From assembly GCA_964404855.1 (NCBI GenBank), contig CAYOLO010000001.1:595396-659395 (forward strand): a stretch of DNA of 64,000 nucleotides, given 5' to 3'. Made by a program: the position numbers and the translations under genes. Positions within the stretch are counted from its first letter, which is position 1. Each line of letters opens with the position of its first letter. Source of the stretch: an uncultured Gammaproteobacteria bacterium (lineage in GTDB: Bacteria > Patescibacteriota > Microgenomatia > CAYQLK01). The notes under the pieces are model-generated. The model made no database searches. It was not told the DNA's origin and was given only the letters and a program-made list of their open reading frames with translations. This document shows positions 9,781 through 19,790 of this stretch, piece by piece.

Positions 9781-10773
9781 TTATTTTGATAGATGAATTA
9801 TGGCTTCGGCTAGTTTGTCGGGGTCATGATGAATTGCATAATCGGTTTTAACAATATCTGAAAATTTGAATCTTTTATTTTTTGTTTTGGTTGTAACGTA
9901 ATGATAATTAAGGTTATCGGGTATTGGAGCAACTGTATTGTTGTTAATTAAATAATAGTCGAACGGGTCAAATCCTAAATGGCGAATAATTGCTTTTTGA
10001 TAATCCTCCGCAAAATAATTAGGGGTTTCAAACGGCTTGTTTGTGACATTGACTACAAAAATCTTCTTTGCCTTAGATTTTTTGAGTGCTTTAACAACAT
10101 CCTTAATTATTAGTACTGGCAAAATTGATGTATATAAATCGCCTGGGCCTGCAATAATTGTATTTGCGTCTATAATTGCTTGAGTGGATTTTTCAAAAGC
10201 TATGGCGTTTTTTGGCAGTAAGTGAACTGATTCTAATTCTCTTTTTCCATTATATTTTCCTAAATCAATATTTTCTTCGCCGGTTACTTTTTTACCTTCA
10301 ACTGTTTTGGCCCAAATCGATACCATATTTTTTGTGGCAGGCAAAACAACACCACGAGGAGAAAGAATTTCGGAAAGTTTTTCAAATGCAAGGTTAAAAT
10401 CGCCAGTAATATCGCGTAGAGCTACTATGGCAAGATTGCCTAGTTTTTGACCTTCTATCGAGGTATCGTGGCCATATCTGTCGCCTTTAAAGCGATACAA
10501 TAGCATGTCTTTGACCACTGATTCGTCTGCAGAAAGTGCTGCAAGGCACGTAATTAAATCGCCTGGAGGTTGAATATCAAAGGCGCGTCTAACTCGGCCG
10601 GCGGATCCGCCGTCATCAGCCATAGAAATAATTGCTGTAAGATCAAGATTTGGATAGTTTTTTAGCCCTCGTAATAATTGAGCGGTACCAATTCCGCCAC
10701 CTATTGCTACGACCTTTTGCTTTGTTGGAGCAATTTCAAAAAAATCACCCAAAAAACGATTTATGAATTTCAT
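9781..10773 (-). CDS. gluconeogenesis factor YvcK / CofD-like (UPF0052) family protein
   Basis: MADDGGSAGRVRR...PPGDL motifs characteristic of the YvcK/CofD family. Confidence 0.8.
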   Translation of the reverse strand: MKFINRFLGDFFEIAPTKQKVVAIGGGIGTAQLLRGLKNYPNLDLTAIISMADDGGSAGRVRRAFDIQPPGDLITCLAALSADESVVKDMLLYRFKGDRYGHDTSIEGQKLGNLAIVALRDITGDFNLAFEKLSEILSPRGVVLPATKNMVSIWAKTVEGKKVTGEENIDLGKYNGKRELESVHLLPKNAIAFEKSTQAIIDANTIIAGPGDLYTSILPVLIIKDVVKALKKSKAKKIFVVNVTNKPFETPNYFAEDYQKAIIRHLGFDPFDYYLINNNTVAPIPDNLNYHYVTTKTKNKRFKFSDIVKTDYAIHHDPDKLAEAIIHLSK

Positions 10774-10775
10774 AT

Positions 10776-11177
10776 TTAGTGCAAAATCCAGCGAACCAGA
10801 CTTGCGGTGAAAGAGTATACCAAAGCTGCAGCCAAAATGGTAAGAAAAACGCTGAGACTTATCTCCGGAATGATATAGCCGTTGATGTTAGTAATTGGAG
10901 AATAAAATGGGCTGACTCTAAAAGCAGGATATAGCATTACTAGGAAATAGAAATATATCGAGGTAAGAATAAAGCTAAGTAGTCCAAAAAAAATAAAATT
11001 AACGGGTAATAGAATCGTTTTAGCAATAGGTCTGACAAAATAATGAACCACAAATAATCCAATACAGGCAATAGTAAAACTACGCTGACCATCGACTAGT
11101 TCAATTGAGTTAATAATTGCAATAGTGACCCAAAACGATAACGCGACCGTAATTAAACTTCTGATGATTTTTTTCAT
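10776..11177 (-). CDS. DUF360 / phage holin family 4_2-like membrane protein
   Basis: About 133 aa with 4 TM segments; VRPIAKTILLPVNFIFFGLLSF resembles the DUF360 core. Confidence 0.5.
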   Translation of the reverse strand: MKKIIRSLITVALSFWVTIAIINSIELVDGQRSFTIACIGLFVVHYFVRPIAKTILLPVNFIFFGLLSFILTSIYFYFLVMLYPAFRVSPFYSPITNINGYIIPEISLSVFLTILAAALVYSFTASLVRWILH

Positions 11178-11188
11178 TGTTATAAATA

Positions 11189-12490
11189 CTATGACACAAT
11201 ACTTCTTATGCGTTCAAATTGTTTTTTTTGCCTTAGATTTCTGTGATAAGTGATAGCAAATCTGTGTGATTCGTCTCGGATTTGTTGAAGAAGCAGTAGT
11301 GCGGGAGAATTTCTCTCTAAGAGTATTGGCCTTGGTTCGTTTGGTATAAATATTTCTTCAAGTCGTTTGGCAAGGCCAATTATAGGAATATTAATATTGT
11401 TATCCTGCAGTACAGAATAAGCTGTAGAAACTTGTCCTTTGCCTCCATCGATTACAAATAAGTCAGGAAGTGGCCAAGCGTTTTTTAGTCTTCTCTTTAA
11501 CATTTCTCTATGCATTGCAAAATCGTCTGGAGTATCCTTGGTTTTAATGCGAAATCTTCGATATTGACTCTTATCGGGGGCGCCATTAGTTAAAACAACC
11601 ATTGACCCTGTGGCATTTGTTCCTTGGAAATTACTAATGTCGTAACATTCGATTCTTTTTGGTGTTGTTGATAAGTTAAGGATTTTTTTTAGGGTTTTAA
11701 TCTTTTGTAAATTAAGATCGGATAATAGATTAGGAGATTTAAGATACTCTTCAGGATATCGGACTTTTTGAGTTACATAAGTTAGACCTTCAATCTGTTT
11801 TTTAATACTTAACGCATCCTCAAATCTATGATCTTTTGAGGCTTCTAACATTTGTTTGTTTAAGTCAGTAATAATTTTGCGATATTTTCCAGACAAAAAT
11901 TTGATTAAAATCTTAAGATTTTTTTTATATTGTAGACGATTAGTTTCTGATCTATATGGATCTGGGCACAGCCCAAGATGTACATACAAACAAGGTCTTT
12001 TGTCGGCGTTATGTGTACAAAATGGAATTACTCTTCTAATGTTTTTAAGAAAATATGTAACTGTTTTTGATGATGGATATGGGCCAAAAACATAATCCCC
12101 CCTTTTGATTTTGTATTTTGGTTTTCTGATTGCCAGAACTTTTGGAACCTCAGAACTAAAGTCAATTTTTATATATATAGGGCTTTTATCGTCTTTGACA
12201 ACGATATTGTATTTTGGGAGATATTTTTTGATTAAATTAGCCTCCAAAAGCAAGGACTCTACCTCTGTTTCAACTTCGATATATTCAATCTTTCGGATTT
12301 CTTCAACTAGTTTGGCTGTTTTGGGTAATAATTTTTCGGGCGGTTTGAAATAACTACTAACTCTTGACCTGAGATTAACTGATTTACCAACATAAACAAC
12401 TCTCCCTGAGTCATCTCGATAGATGTATACGCCTGGAGTTTGTGGTAGAGTTAGAAATTTTTTCCGGTCAATTATTTTACCGCCGATCAT
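11189..12490 (-). CDS. uvrC: excinuclease ABC subunit C (short form lacking C-terminal HhH region)
   Basis: N-terminal GIY-YIG (YIYRDDSGRVVYVGKSVNLRSRVSSYF), UvrBC-interaction region, C-terminal RNaseH-like IIGLAKRLEEIF. Only 433 aa. Confidence 0.85.
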   Translation of the reverse strand: MIGGKIIDRKKFLTLPQTPGVYIYRDDSGRVVYVGKSVNLRSRVSSYFKPPEKLLPKTAKLVEEIRKIEYIEVETEVESLLLEANLIKKYLPKYNIVVKDDKSPIYIKIDFSSEVPKVLAIRKPKYKIKRGDYVFGPYPSSKTVTYFLKNIRRVIPFCTHNADKRPCLYVHLGLCPDPYRSETNRLQYKKNLKILIKFLSGKYRKIITDLNKQMLEASKDHRFEDALSIKKQIEGLTYVTQKVRYPEEYLKSPNLLSDLNLQKIKTLKKILNLSTTPKRIECYDISNFQGTNATGSMVVLTNGAPDKSQYRRFRIKTKDTPDDFAMHREMLKRRLKNAWPLPDLFVIDGGKGQVSTAYSVLQDNNINIPIIGLAKRLEEIFIPNEPRPILLERNSPALLLLQQIRDESHRFAITYHRNLRQKKQFERIRSIVS

Positions 12491-12495
12491 AAATT

Positions 12496-14373
12496 TTAGC
12501 TTTGCGGAAGTGGTTCAGAGTGTTTTTGTTTTATTTTTTTGAGGCTAAGTACTGTGACACCAATTCCGAATAGCAATATTAACAAATATATAATTATTTG
12601 CGAAAAAAATACTGGCCTAATAGTAATTACGCCTTGAATAACTTGATCTTGATAGATGATTTTGATTGGGTATTTTTCGTTAGTAAAGAAATTATTGTTA
12701 GTTAGATCAAATTTATAGGAGTTGACCGAATAGGCTGGAAGGGATAAAACTTCGATTGATTTACCGCCTGATATTGGCGCATCAGTCTCGATTGTAATTT
12801 TTTGATCAATTACTGATTTTTGTCCAAGGTTAGAAAGTGTAATTGTCCCTGTACCTCCGGTTCCGCCAATAAAATGATTAGGAAGGTCGAGTTTAAGATT
12901 AACTTTGAGATCCTGAGTTGGAACCTCGCTGGCAAACTCAACTTTTACATCTTTTTGATCAGAAGCAGTTTTGTAGCTACCAGCAGGAAGCGGATATTCA
13001 GATGAATAACCTTTTTGTGTAAATGTGATGTGATTAAAATCGAGTTTGGTAAAAAAATCTAATCCCCCTGTTGTTGAACCCCAAGTTGGGTCAATTTGAA
13101 TCCAGCCGCGCTCGTTGTCGTAATATTCCGGCCAAGCGTGCAAAATATCGGTTGTGCTTGAAGCTAACGATAATGGACGAAGTCTTGAGTTTTGAGTGTT
13201 GGCATAACCGTTAACTTCGCGAGCAGGAATACCTGCCATGCGAGCGAATGTAATAAATAGATCGGTAAATTCCATACATACACTATTTGCAGGATTATCA
13301 AATGCGACTCTTGAACCCTGCCTGGTAATCGTTGCATCATCTAGTCTTTTTTCATTGTAAGTAAGGTAGGTGGTGACAAAGTCATAAATATCCTTCGGGG
13401 TTTTTAGTGTTGAGGCTTTTTCTCTCAAAATCGGGTCAGTTACATCCCAATATTTGTCGCTTTGGGTATATTTTTGCATCTGCTCATCAGTAAGTGGGAT
13501 GACAGGAAAATCTTTGGGTTGATGTGTTACTTCAGCGAACCCTTGGTATGTCACGACAACTTCCTTTGCGGCCGGAAGTTTGAATCTAGCAATATAGTTA
13601 CCATCAGAATCGACCGTTATAGCTTCTGGCTGTGGGTCGATTTTCGTAGTGTATATTTTTTGATATGCATTGTCAGGAGGGAGTGCAATTTCGGAATATA
13701 CCCCTCTTAAATTGTCATTTTTGAGGTGGTAGGTTAAGTTAAGTTTGTAAATTTGTTTCTCTCCAAAAGAACTTGAGACGCCTTTTTGGGATATCTTGGT
13801 AACATCGAATGAATAAACGGTTTTGGATGTTCCGTTAATTGTAGTTTTTTCGGTTTTTACAGGTTCTGGATTAATAAAAGCAACAGGACCAAACGAATCA
13901 GGTACAGCCATGTGTACATTGTAGGAGCGTACTTCGTCAGTTTTGCTTAGTTTGGGAATAGAAATTTCCCAGATAATTCCATTTTTGACAGTTAACTCGT
14001 TGGCGTCGTAATTAAGTTTCCAATTAAGTTTTTTACCAAGCCCAACAACTCTTTGGTTAAAGGTGACAGCTAGTTGGGTTTTGTTATTTTCAAATGTTTG
14101 TTCGACGTCCAAAGGTCCTGATAAATCAGAAGCTGAAATGTTTTCTGGCTTAGTTTGGCCAAGTGAAAGGTTAAACTTAGTTGCATAAAAACGACTTGTG
14201 TTGTTTTCAAGGGAAATATTTTGGCTAACTTTTGTTTTACCGTTTAAGTCGACATCGTATGTGACGTCATAATCGGCAGCGAACTCGCCTTCAGCTGAAA
14301 CGTTTGTGTTAACGATAAGTGTTAGGGCAAAAAATGATAAAAATAAAAAAAAAGTTCGATGAATTAATTTCAC
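12496..14373 (-). CDS. secreted transglutaminase-like domain protein with C-terminal TM anchor
   Basis: Signal peptide. Cys core motif SVCMEFTDLFITFARMAGIPAREVNGY, His (HAWPEYY) and Asp (IDPT) of the transglutaminase-like catalytic triad. C-terminal TM plus basic tail. Confidence 0.75.
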   Translation of the reverse strand: MKLIHRTFFLFLSFFALTLIVNTNVSAEGEFAADYDVTYDVDLNGKTKVSQNISLENNTSRFYATKFNLSLGQTKPENISASDLSGPLDVEQTFENNKTQLAVTFNQRVVGLGKKLNWKLNYDANELTVKNGIIWEISIPKLSKTDEVRSYNVHMAVPDSFGPVAFINPEPVKTEKTTINGTSKTVYSFDVTKISQKGVSSSFGEKQIYKLNLTYHLKNDNLRGVYSEIALPPDNAYQKIYTTKIDPQPEAITVDSDGNYIARFKLPAAKEVVVTYQGFAEVTHQPKDFPVIPLTDEQMQKYTQSDKYWDVTDPILREKASTLKTPKDIYDFVTTYLTYNEKRLDDATITRQGSRVAFDNPANSVCMEFTDLFITFARMAGIPAREVNGYANTQNSRLRPLSLASSTTDILHAWPEYYDNERGWIQIDPTWGSTTGGLDFFTKLDFNHITFTQKGYSSEYPLPAGSYKTASDQKDVKVEFASEVPTQDLKVNLKLDLPNHFIGGTGGTGTITLSNLGQKSVIDQKITIETDAPISGGKSIEVLSLPAYSVNSYKFDLTNNNFFTNEKYPIKIIYQDQVIQGVITIRPVFFSQIIIYLLILLFGIGVTVLSLKKIKQKHSEPLPQS

Positions 14374-14429
14374 GGCAGGTGTTTAGATATTAATAATAGC
14401 TAAAAACTGAACAAAATAATAATTTTTAC

Positions 14430-17351
14430 CTAAATTAGTTTGGAAAGAAATTTTGCAGTATGAGATTTGGACACTTTGGAGACTTCAATTGGTGTACCTT
14501 CAGCAACAACAGTTCCACCACCATCGCCTCCTTCGGGACCAAGATCAATAATCCAGTCTGCGTTTTTGATGACATCTAGATTGTGTTCAATAACAACAAT
14601 CGTATTTCCCTGCTCGACAAGTCTCATTAAAATATTAAGAAGTTTTTCGATATCAGCAAAATGAAGACCGGTTGTTGGTTCGTCAAGAATGTATAAGGTT
14701 TTGCCTGTTGAGCGTTTAGATAATTCGGAAGCAAGCTTAACGCGCTGAGCTTCTCCCCCAGAAAGGGTTGGGGCGGGTTGGCCAAGTTTGATGTATCCTA
14801 AGCCAACATCGACAACGGTAGCTAGTTTGTTCTTAATCGAAGGTATGTTGTTAAAAAACTCTAAGGCTTCTTCTACTGTCATATCTAATACCTCAAAAAT
14901 ATTTTTGTCTTTGAAATGAACCTCTAGAGCTTCATCGTTGTAACGTTTGCCAGTACAAACTTCACAATCGACATAAACATCTGGAAGAAATTGCATTTCA
15001 ATCTTAACCTGACCTTCACCCTCACAAGCTTCACATCGACCGCCTTTAACATTGAATGAGAATCGTCCTGATTTGTATCCACGAATTTTGGCTTCGGTTG
15101 TTGAAGCAAAAAGCTCGCGAATTGGTGTAAAAATACCCGTGTAAGTGGCAGGATTGGAGCGTGGAGTTCTACCGATTGGTGATTGGTCTATCATTATGAC
15201 CTTGTCTAGGCTCTCCGTGCCCATTATTGTGGTGTGACTACCTGGGCGCTCTTTAGCGTGATAAAACTGCTGAGCAAGACTTTTATAAAGAATGTCGTGT
15301 ACAAGGGTTGATTTACCTGAACCAGAAACACCTGTAAAGCAGACAAATTTGCCCAAAGGAATGGTTACATCAATACCTTTAAGGTTGTGTTCGGTAGCGC
15401 CAATTATCGTTAACTCTTTGCCGTCGTGCGGATTAATAAATGATCCAGATTTGGTGGTAATTTTTTTCTTATCAGATAAATATTTTCCAGTTAGCGATTT
15501 AGGGTCTTTTATAATTTGTTGAGGAGTGCCTTGAGAAACAATTACCCCTCCGTGTTCGCCAGCACCTGGTCCAAAATCAAAAATATAGTCTGATTCCAAC
15601 ATCATGTCGCGGTCGTGTTCAACAACTAGAACAGAGTTGCCTAAATCACGCAGTTTCTGAAGTGTTCCAATTAGCCTTACATTATCTCTTTGGTGAAGAC
15701 CAATTGATGGCTCGTCCAAAACATAAAGCACACCAGAAAGACCTGAGCCGATTTGTGAGGCTAAACGGATTCTTTGCGCTTCTCCACCTGCTAAAGTTGT
15801 GGCGGTACGTGATAGGGATAAATAGTCTAGGCCAACATCGATTAAGAACTGTAATCTGGCAGTTATTTCTTTAAGGATTGGTTCAGACACTTGATTATCT
15901 CGCGCATTACCGGCAAATGAAGTTTTAATACTTTTAACCCATTCCAGTGAGTTACGGATTGATTTTTTGGAGACTTGTTCAATATTTAACCCATCGACCG
16001 TGATAGATAACGCTTCCGGCTTGAGCCTTGTGCCTTTACAAGTTGGACAAGTAAGGATACGCATAAATTTTTCGATTTCACCGCGAATGTAGCCTGATTC
16101 TGTTTCCCGATATCTACGCTCAAGATTAGGAATCACACCTTCAAAGGTTGTTTGCCACTCCGCACTTTTACCAAATCGGTTCTCGCCTTGAACTTTAAAT
16201 ACTTTCTCTGAACCGTAGAGTAAAAATTTACGATCAGCATCAGTTAGGTCCTTAATTGGTGTATTAATGGAAAAATGAATTTGTTTGGATGCCTCCTCTA
16301 GAAGCCTAGAAAACCATGTTTCGTGTGTAGAAAGCCTAGACCAAGGTAAAATTCCACCTTGGGCAATTGTTAAATTAGGGTTAAATACCAACTCTGGTTC
16401 AACTTCTAGTTTTGTACCAATACCTGTACAGGTTGGACAAGCTCCGTGGGGCGAGTTAAAGGAAAAAGTTCTGGGTTCAATTTCTGGCAGTGAAATATTA
16501 TCAAATGGACAGGCAAACTTTTCACTAAAAAGATGATCTTCTAGTTCGGTGGGAAAATCAGGAATTTCAAACGAGGCGTCTTGAATTTTGGCAATGATTA
16601 GATTGCCTTCAGCCAGCTTAAGTGCTGTTTCTACAGACTCAGAAAGCCTTTGTTTGTCGGCAACAGGCAAAACAAGCCTATCGATCACGGCATCAATTGA
16701 ATGTTTATTGGTTTTGATTAAGGTAAATTCATCCTCGATGTCATGGATTTGGTCATCAACCCTAACTCTAGTAATACCTCGTTTTCTTAAATCTGTGAAA
16801 AGTTGTGAAAATTCGCCTTTTCTGTCTCTAACAATTGGCGCCAAAACTAGCACACGCACTGGAGGTTTAGCTTTAATATCCCCTAGTTTTTGGATTTCAT
16901 CTACGATTTGAGCAGCAGATTGATGTTTGACCTCGCGGCCACAAACAGGGCAATGCGGATGGCCGACTCTAGCAAAAAGTAACCTTAAATAGTCATAAAT
17001 CTCTGTAATTGTACCGACGGTCGAGCGAGGATTGCGTGAAGTGGATTTTTGGTCGATAGAAATCGCTGGAGAAAGACCGTCTATCTGGTCTACATCAGGC
17101 TTATCCATAACACCTAAGAACTGTCTAGCATAACTAGATAGCGATTCTACATAACGTCTTTGTCCTTCAGCGTAGATAGTATCAAAGGCAAGTGATGATT
17201 TGCCTGAGCCAGATAGACCTGTAAAAACAACAAGCTGATTGCGTGGAATTTGTAATGTTAGGTTTTTGAGATTATGTTCACGGGCGCCAAAAACAGAAAT
17301 GAACTCTTGATTTTTGCTGGTTTTTTTCGGGTTATCTTTGGTGCTAGCCAT
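14430..17351 (-). CDS. uvrA: excinuclease ABC subunit A
   Basis: 973 aa with two ABC ATPase modules ([20 protein letters not shown]), LSGGE signature motifs and zinc-finger cysteines. Confidence 0.95.
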   Translation of the reverse strand: MASTKDNPKKTSKNQEFISVFGAREHNLKNLTLQIPRNQLVVFTGLSGSGKSSLAFDTIYAEGQRRYVESLSSYARQFLGVMDKPDVDQIDGLSPAISIDQKSTSRNPRSTVGTITEIYDYLRLLFARVGHPHCPVCGREVKHQSAAQIVDEIQKLGDIKAKPPVRVLVLAPIVRDRKGEFSQLFTDLRKRGITRVRVDDQIHDIEDEFTLIKTNKHSIDAVIDRLVLPVADKQRLSESVETALKLAEGNLIIAKIQDASFEIPDFPTELEDHLFSEKFACPFDNISLPEIEPRTFSFNSPHGACPTCTGIGTKLEVEPELVFNPNLTIAQGGILPWSRLSTHETWFSRLLEEASKQIHFSINTPIKDLTDADRKFLLYGSEKVFKVQGENRFGKSAEWQTTFEGVIPNLERRYRETESGYIRGEIEKFMRILTCPTCKGTRLKPEALSITVDGLNIEQVSKKSIRNSLEWVKSIKTSFAGNARDNQVSEPILKEITARLQFLIDVGLDYLSLSRTATTLAGGEAQRIRLASQIGSGLSGVLYVLDEPSIGLHQRDNVRLIGTLQKLRDLGNSVLVVEHDRDMMLESDYIFDFGPGAGEHGGVIVSQGTPQQIIKDPKSLTGKYLSDKKKITTKSGSFINPHDGKELTIIGATEHNLKGIDVTIPLGKFVCFTGVSGSGKSTLVHDILYKSLAQQFYHAKERPGSHTTIMGTESLDKVIMIDQSPIGRTPRSNPATYTGIFTPIRELFASTTEAKIRGYKSGRFSFNVKGGRCEACEGEGQVKIEMQFLPDVYVDCEVCTGKRYNDEALEVHFKDKNIFEVLDMTVEEALEFFNNIPSIKNKLATVVDVGLGYIKLGQPAPTLSGGEAQRVKLASELSKRSTGKTLYILDEPTTGLHFADIEKLLNILMRLVEQGNTIVVIEHNLDVIKNADWIIDLGPEGGDGGGTVVAEGTPIEVSKVSKSHTAKFLSKLI

Positions 17352-17436
17352 GAAGAGATATTTTAGTACAAGACGCTTGTTATTTCAAGGCTATTGTAGT
17401 TGATATGCTTAAGCCTGTAACCTATAATATTCCGCT

Positions 17437-19350
17437 ATGGCAAACAAAGTTGAAATAACTGATTCAAAGATTGCGGCTTTGGAGTTTGAAAGAGAAAATG
17501 GAAATCTATTTGGCCTTACTGAACAGGAAAGAGTCAATCTGCTTAAATACGAAGGAGAACTACTAGATTTTCGACCTCAGCTTGTAACTTCTTTTACGGC
17601 TCTCGACCGATTAAACGGAATTACGAAAGAAAGAGACTTAAAAATTAAAGCGGTTCTGGATGACTTAAGAGAACAGTCTGATCAGATAAAAATTGCACAA
17701 AACGTTAGCGTTCTATATCTGACGATTCTGGAAATTGGCGAGCGAGAAGGCTGGACACAGACACAAATTGCTGAGGTATTTGATAAACAACTTGATTTTA
17801 ATAATGAAGTTTCAGTTGTTACCAAAGATTTAGCTAAAAAAAGGTTAAGAGGTGGTGAACTGCCAAGTAATAGAATAATTGGAGCTGCATATAATAAATT
17901 AGCAAAACGTATTCCTAGTTGGTACAAGCTGGACATAACAGCTTGGCAAAATTTTATTTTTTCCTCGTTTGGTGCTCAACTTGATATTGAAAAAGAGCAA
18001 CTATCTGGAATTTGTTCTACCAGCATTGGGAGACTTGAGGGAACGTATAGGATTACGAACGAGGATATTTTGCCAGATTGGATGAATAATGGTGGGGTTG
18101 AGACTGGTAACCCAGATAAAGTTGTCGTAACAGAGGACTTAAAAGAGGATGAACAAGGCAAACAAAGACTGATTGAACAGTTTGAATATCATTCATCTAA
18201 AAGAAGTTATTTGGTAGAATCGGCAAGAAATAAAGGCAGAAAAACAATTTCACGAAATGTTGGTAAATATCGAAGACTTTTTCCATATGATGAGCTTGAT
18301 GTTGCACAATTAGTCATGTTTTTGGCGAATACCGATGGAATGACTTATTACGATGTTGACCAACAAACAATTGACCAGCTTAGTCCTGCACAAATTAACG
18401 AAAAGGCTTTGATTGCTGAAAAAAAAGAAGATTGGTTTATAAGGCGATTTGCAGAAACTGCGGATTTGTCTGAGGAGATGGTTAGAATTTTTTTAAAAAA
18501 ACGATTAGAAGACATGAGGTTTTTCGAAGGAACTGAAGAGGAAAAAGAAAGAAAAATTGCAGCTCTATTTTCTGATTTTGGACAGAGCGAGGAGATCGCT
18601 ACATTAAGAACGGTGGACAAAAAAACCGCACAAAGATTAACTTTTGATGTTCGACCAATGCTAGCGGAAATGGATCAAGAGGCACTAGAAACACTACAGT
18701 TAAAATTTGAAAACAATCCATTTGCCTCAAGAGCTGAATTTGTTACCGAGCTTGCTTGTGAGATTGTGAATTCTTTTTGGTCTGGATCAAATGATAAAGA
18801 TATAGCACGTTTTAAGGCTGAATATAAAAAATTCGTAATAAATTGGCTTAAGAATAACTGGAGAGTGGCGTACGCATCGCTTTATCACAGACTTCATAAC
18901 TCAGGTATTTTTGATTCTCCTACTCTAAATCCAACCAAGGAAGAAATTGTGAGTGAAGATTCTGAAGATATTGAATTTGCAATCACTGAGATCAAAATGG
19001 GTAGTTTGCTTGATTGGAAAGTGTTTTTTGATGTCAATAAAAATGGAGATGTGCGCATGGAAGCGTTAGAGGGAGACAGTCTAGATGCGTTGGAAGAACG
19101 ACTAGAAGAGTTATTAATTAAACATAGAATAAGCTGTTCTATTAAATTATCGAGCGTAATTCATACATTAGAGTGGGCTGCAGGACTGCCACAAGAAGTA
19201 TTACAGCTTATGATTCGTGAAACTGTAAACGGACAAGAATATTTAAAAATTAAGAGGGGTAATATTCGACTATTTTTTCAAATTAACCAAAGTCAGAAAC
19301 AATTGGTCTTTTTTGTATATCAAAAACAAGACAAAAGCTATCATTTTTAG
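17437..19350 (+). CDS. large acidic hypothetical protein with RelE/ParE-like C-terminal region
   Basis: 637 aa, helical and acidic. The last ~40 aa (KIKRGNIRLFFQINQSQKQLVFFVYQKQDKSY) match the RelE/ParE toxin-fold signature. Confidence 0.5.
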   Translation: MANKVEITDSKIAALEFERENGNLFGLTEQERVNLLKYEGELLDFRPQLVTSFTALDRLNGITKERDLKIKAVLDDLREQSDQIKIAQNVSVLYLTILEIGEREGWTQTQIAEVFDKQLDFNNEVSVVTKDLAKKRLRGGELPSNRIIGAAYNKLAKRIPSWYKLDITAWQNFIFSSFGAQLDIEKEQLSGICSTSIGRLEGTYRITNEDILPDWMNNGGVETGNPDKVVVTEDLKEDEQGKQRLIEQFEYHSSKRSYLVESARNKGRKTISRNVGKYRRLFPYDELDVAQLVMFLANTDGMTYYDVDQQTIDQLSPAQINEKALIAEKKEDWFIRRFAETADLSEEMVRIFLKKRLEDMRFFEGTEEEKERKIAALFSDFGQSEEIATLRTVDKKTAQRLTFDVRPMLAEMDQEALETLQLKFENNPFASRAEFVTELACEIVNSFWSGSNDKDIARFKAEYKKFVINWLKNNWRVAYASLYHRLHNSGIFDSPTLNPTKEEIVSEDSEDIEFAITEIKMGSLLDWKVFFDVNKNGDVRMEALEGDSLDALEERLEELLIKHRISCSIKLSSVIHTLEWAAGLPQEVLQLMIRETVNGQEYLKIKRGNIRLFFQINQSQKQLVFFVYQKQDKSYHF

Positions 19351-19421
19351 TTTTTTACTTGCTGTACTCAACCTATAGTTTATTATTTTGACAAATAGGA
19401 GTAAAATATCCGTGGTGCAAA

Positions 19422-19721
19422 GTGCAAAATTCAGTTCAGACATGCCACGTCTGGAATGAAAATTGTACAAACCCCGTTGCACCCATACGAGGCGTAGAGA
19501 AAGTGGCAAAGAAAATGTCCAAACCAGGACGGGCTGGGCTCAATGCTGTCGATGACAGATTTGAGATCACCCACATCAATGACGCAGGATGTGAGTATGA
19601 TCCTCAGATTCCAACTGGGACATACTACACGGTCCACGGTAGCGATGGGCGGCCTCTTGAGTTGTTCGTCGGCCAAGGTGTTGGACACCTGAACTCTGGG
19701 AAGGCTGGTTTTTACGACTAG
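19422..19721 (+). CDS. hypothetical protein in anomalously GC-rich segment (GTG start; may instead be non-coding)
   Basis: 99-aa ORF with no SD and no recognisable domain. Local GC is far above the flanks. Followed by an intrinsic terminator. Confidence 0.25.
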   Translation: MQNSVQTCHVWNENCTNPVAPIRGVEKVAKKMSKPGRAGLNAVDDRFEITHINDAGCEYDPQIPTGTYYTVHGSDGRPLELFVGQGVGHLNSGKAGFYD

Positions 19722-19736
19722 CTGACCACCCTCAAA

Positions 19737-19772
19737 GCGAGGCGGAAATAATAACTCCGCCTCTTTTTTTTT
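19737..19772 (+). terminator. rho-independent terminator
   Basis: gaggcgga-aataataac-tccgcctc hairpin followed by a run of 9-10 T. Confidence 0.8.
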
Positions 19773-19790
19773 GTTTACAAATATTAATTT

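Noticed and set aside
19420-19780. RNase P RNA or tmRNA in the GC-rich segment
   Set aside because: By eye there is no match to the universally conserved P4 (AGGAAAGUCCGGGCUCC), GNRA (GGGUGAAA) or tmRNA 3' T-arm/CCA motifs.
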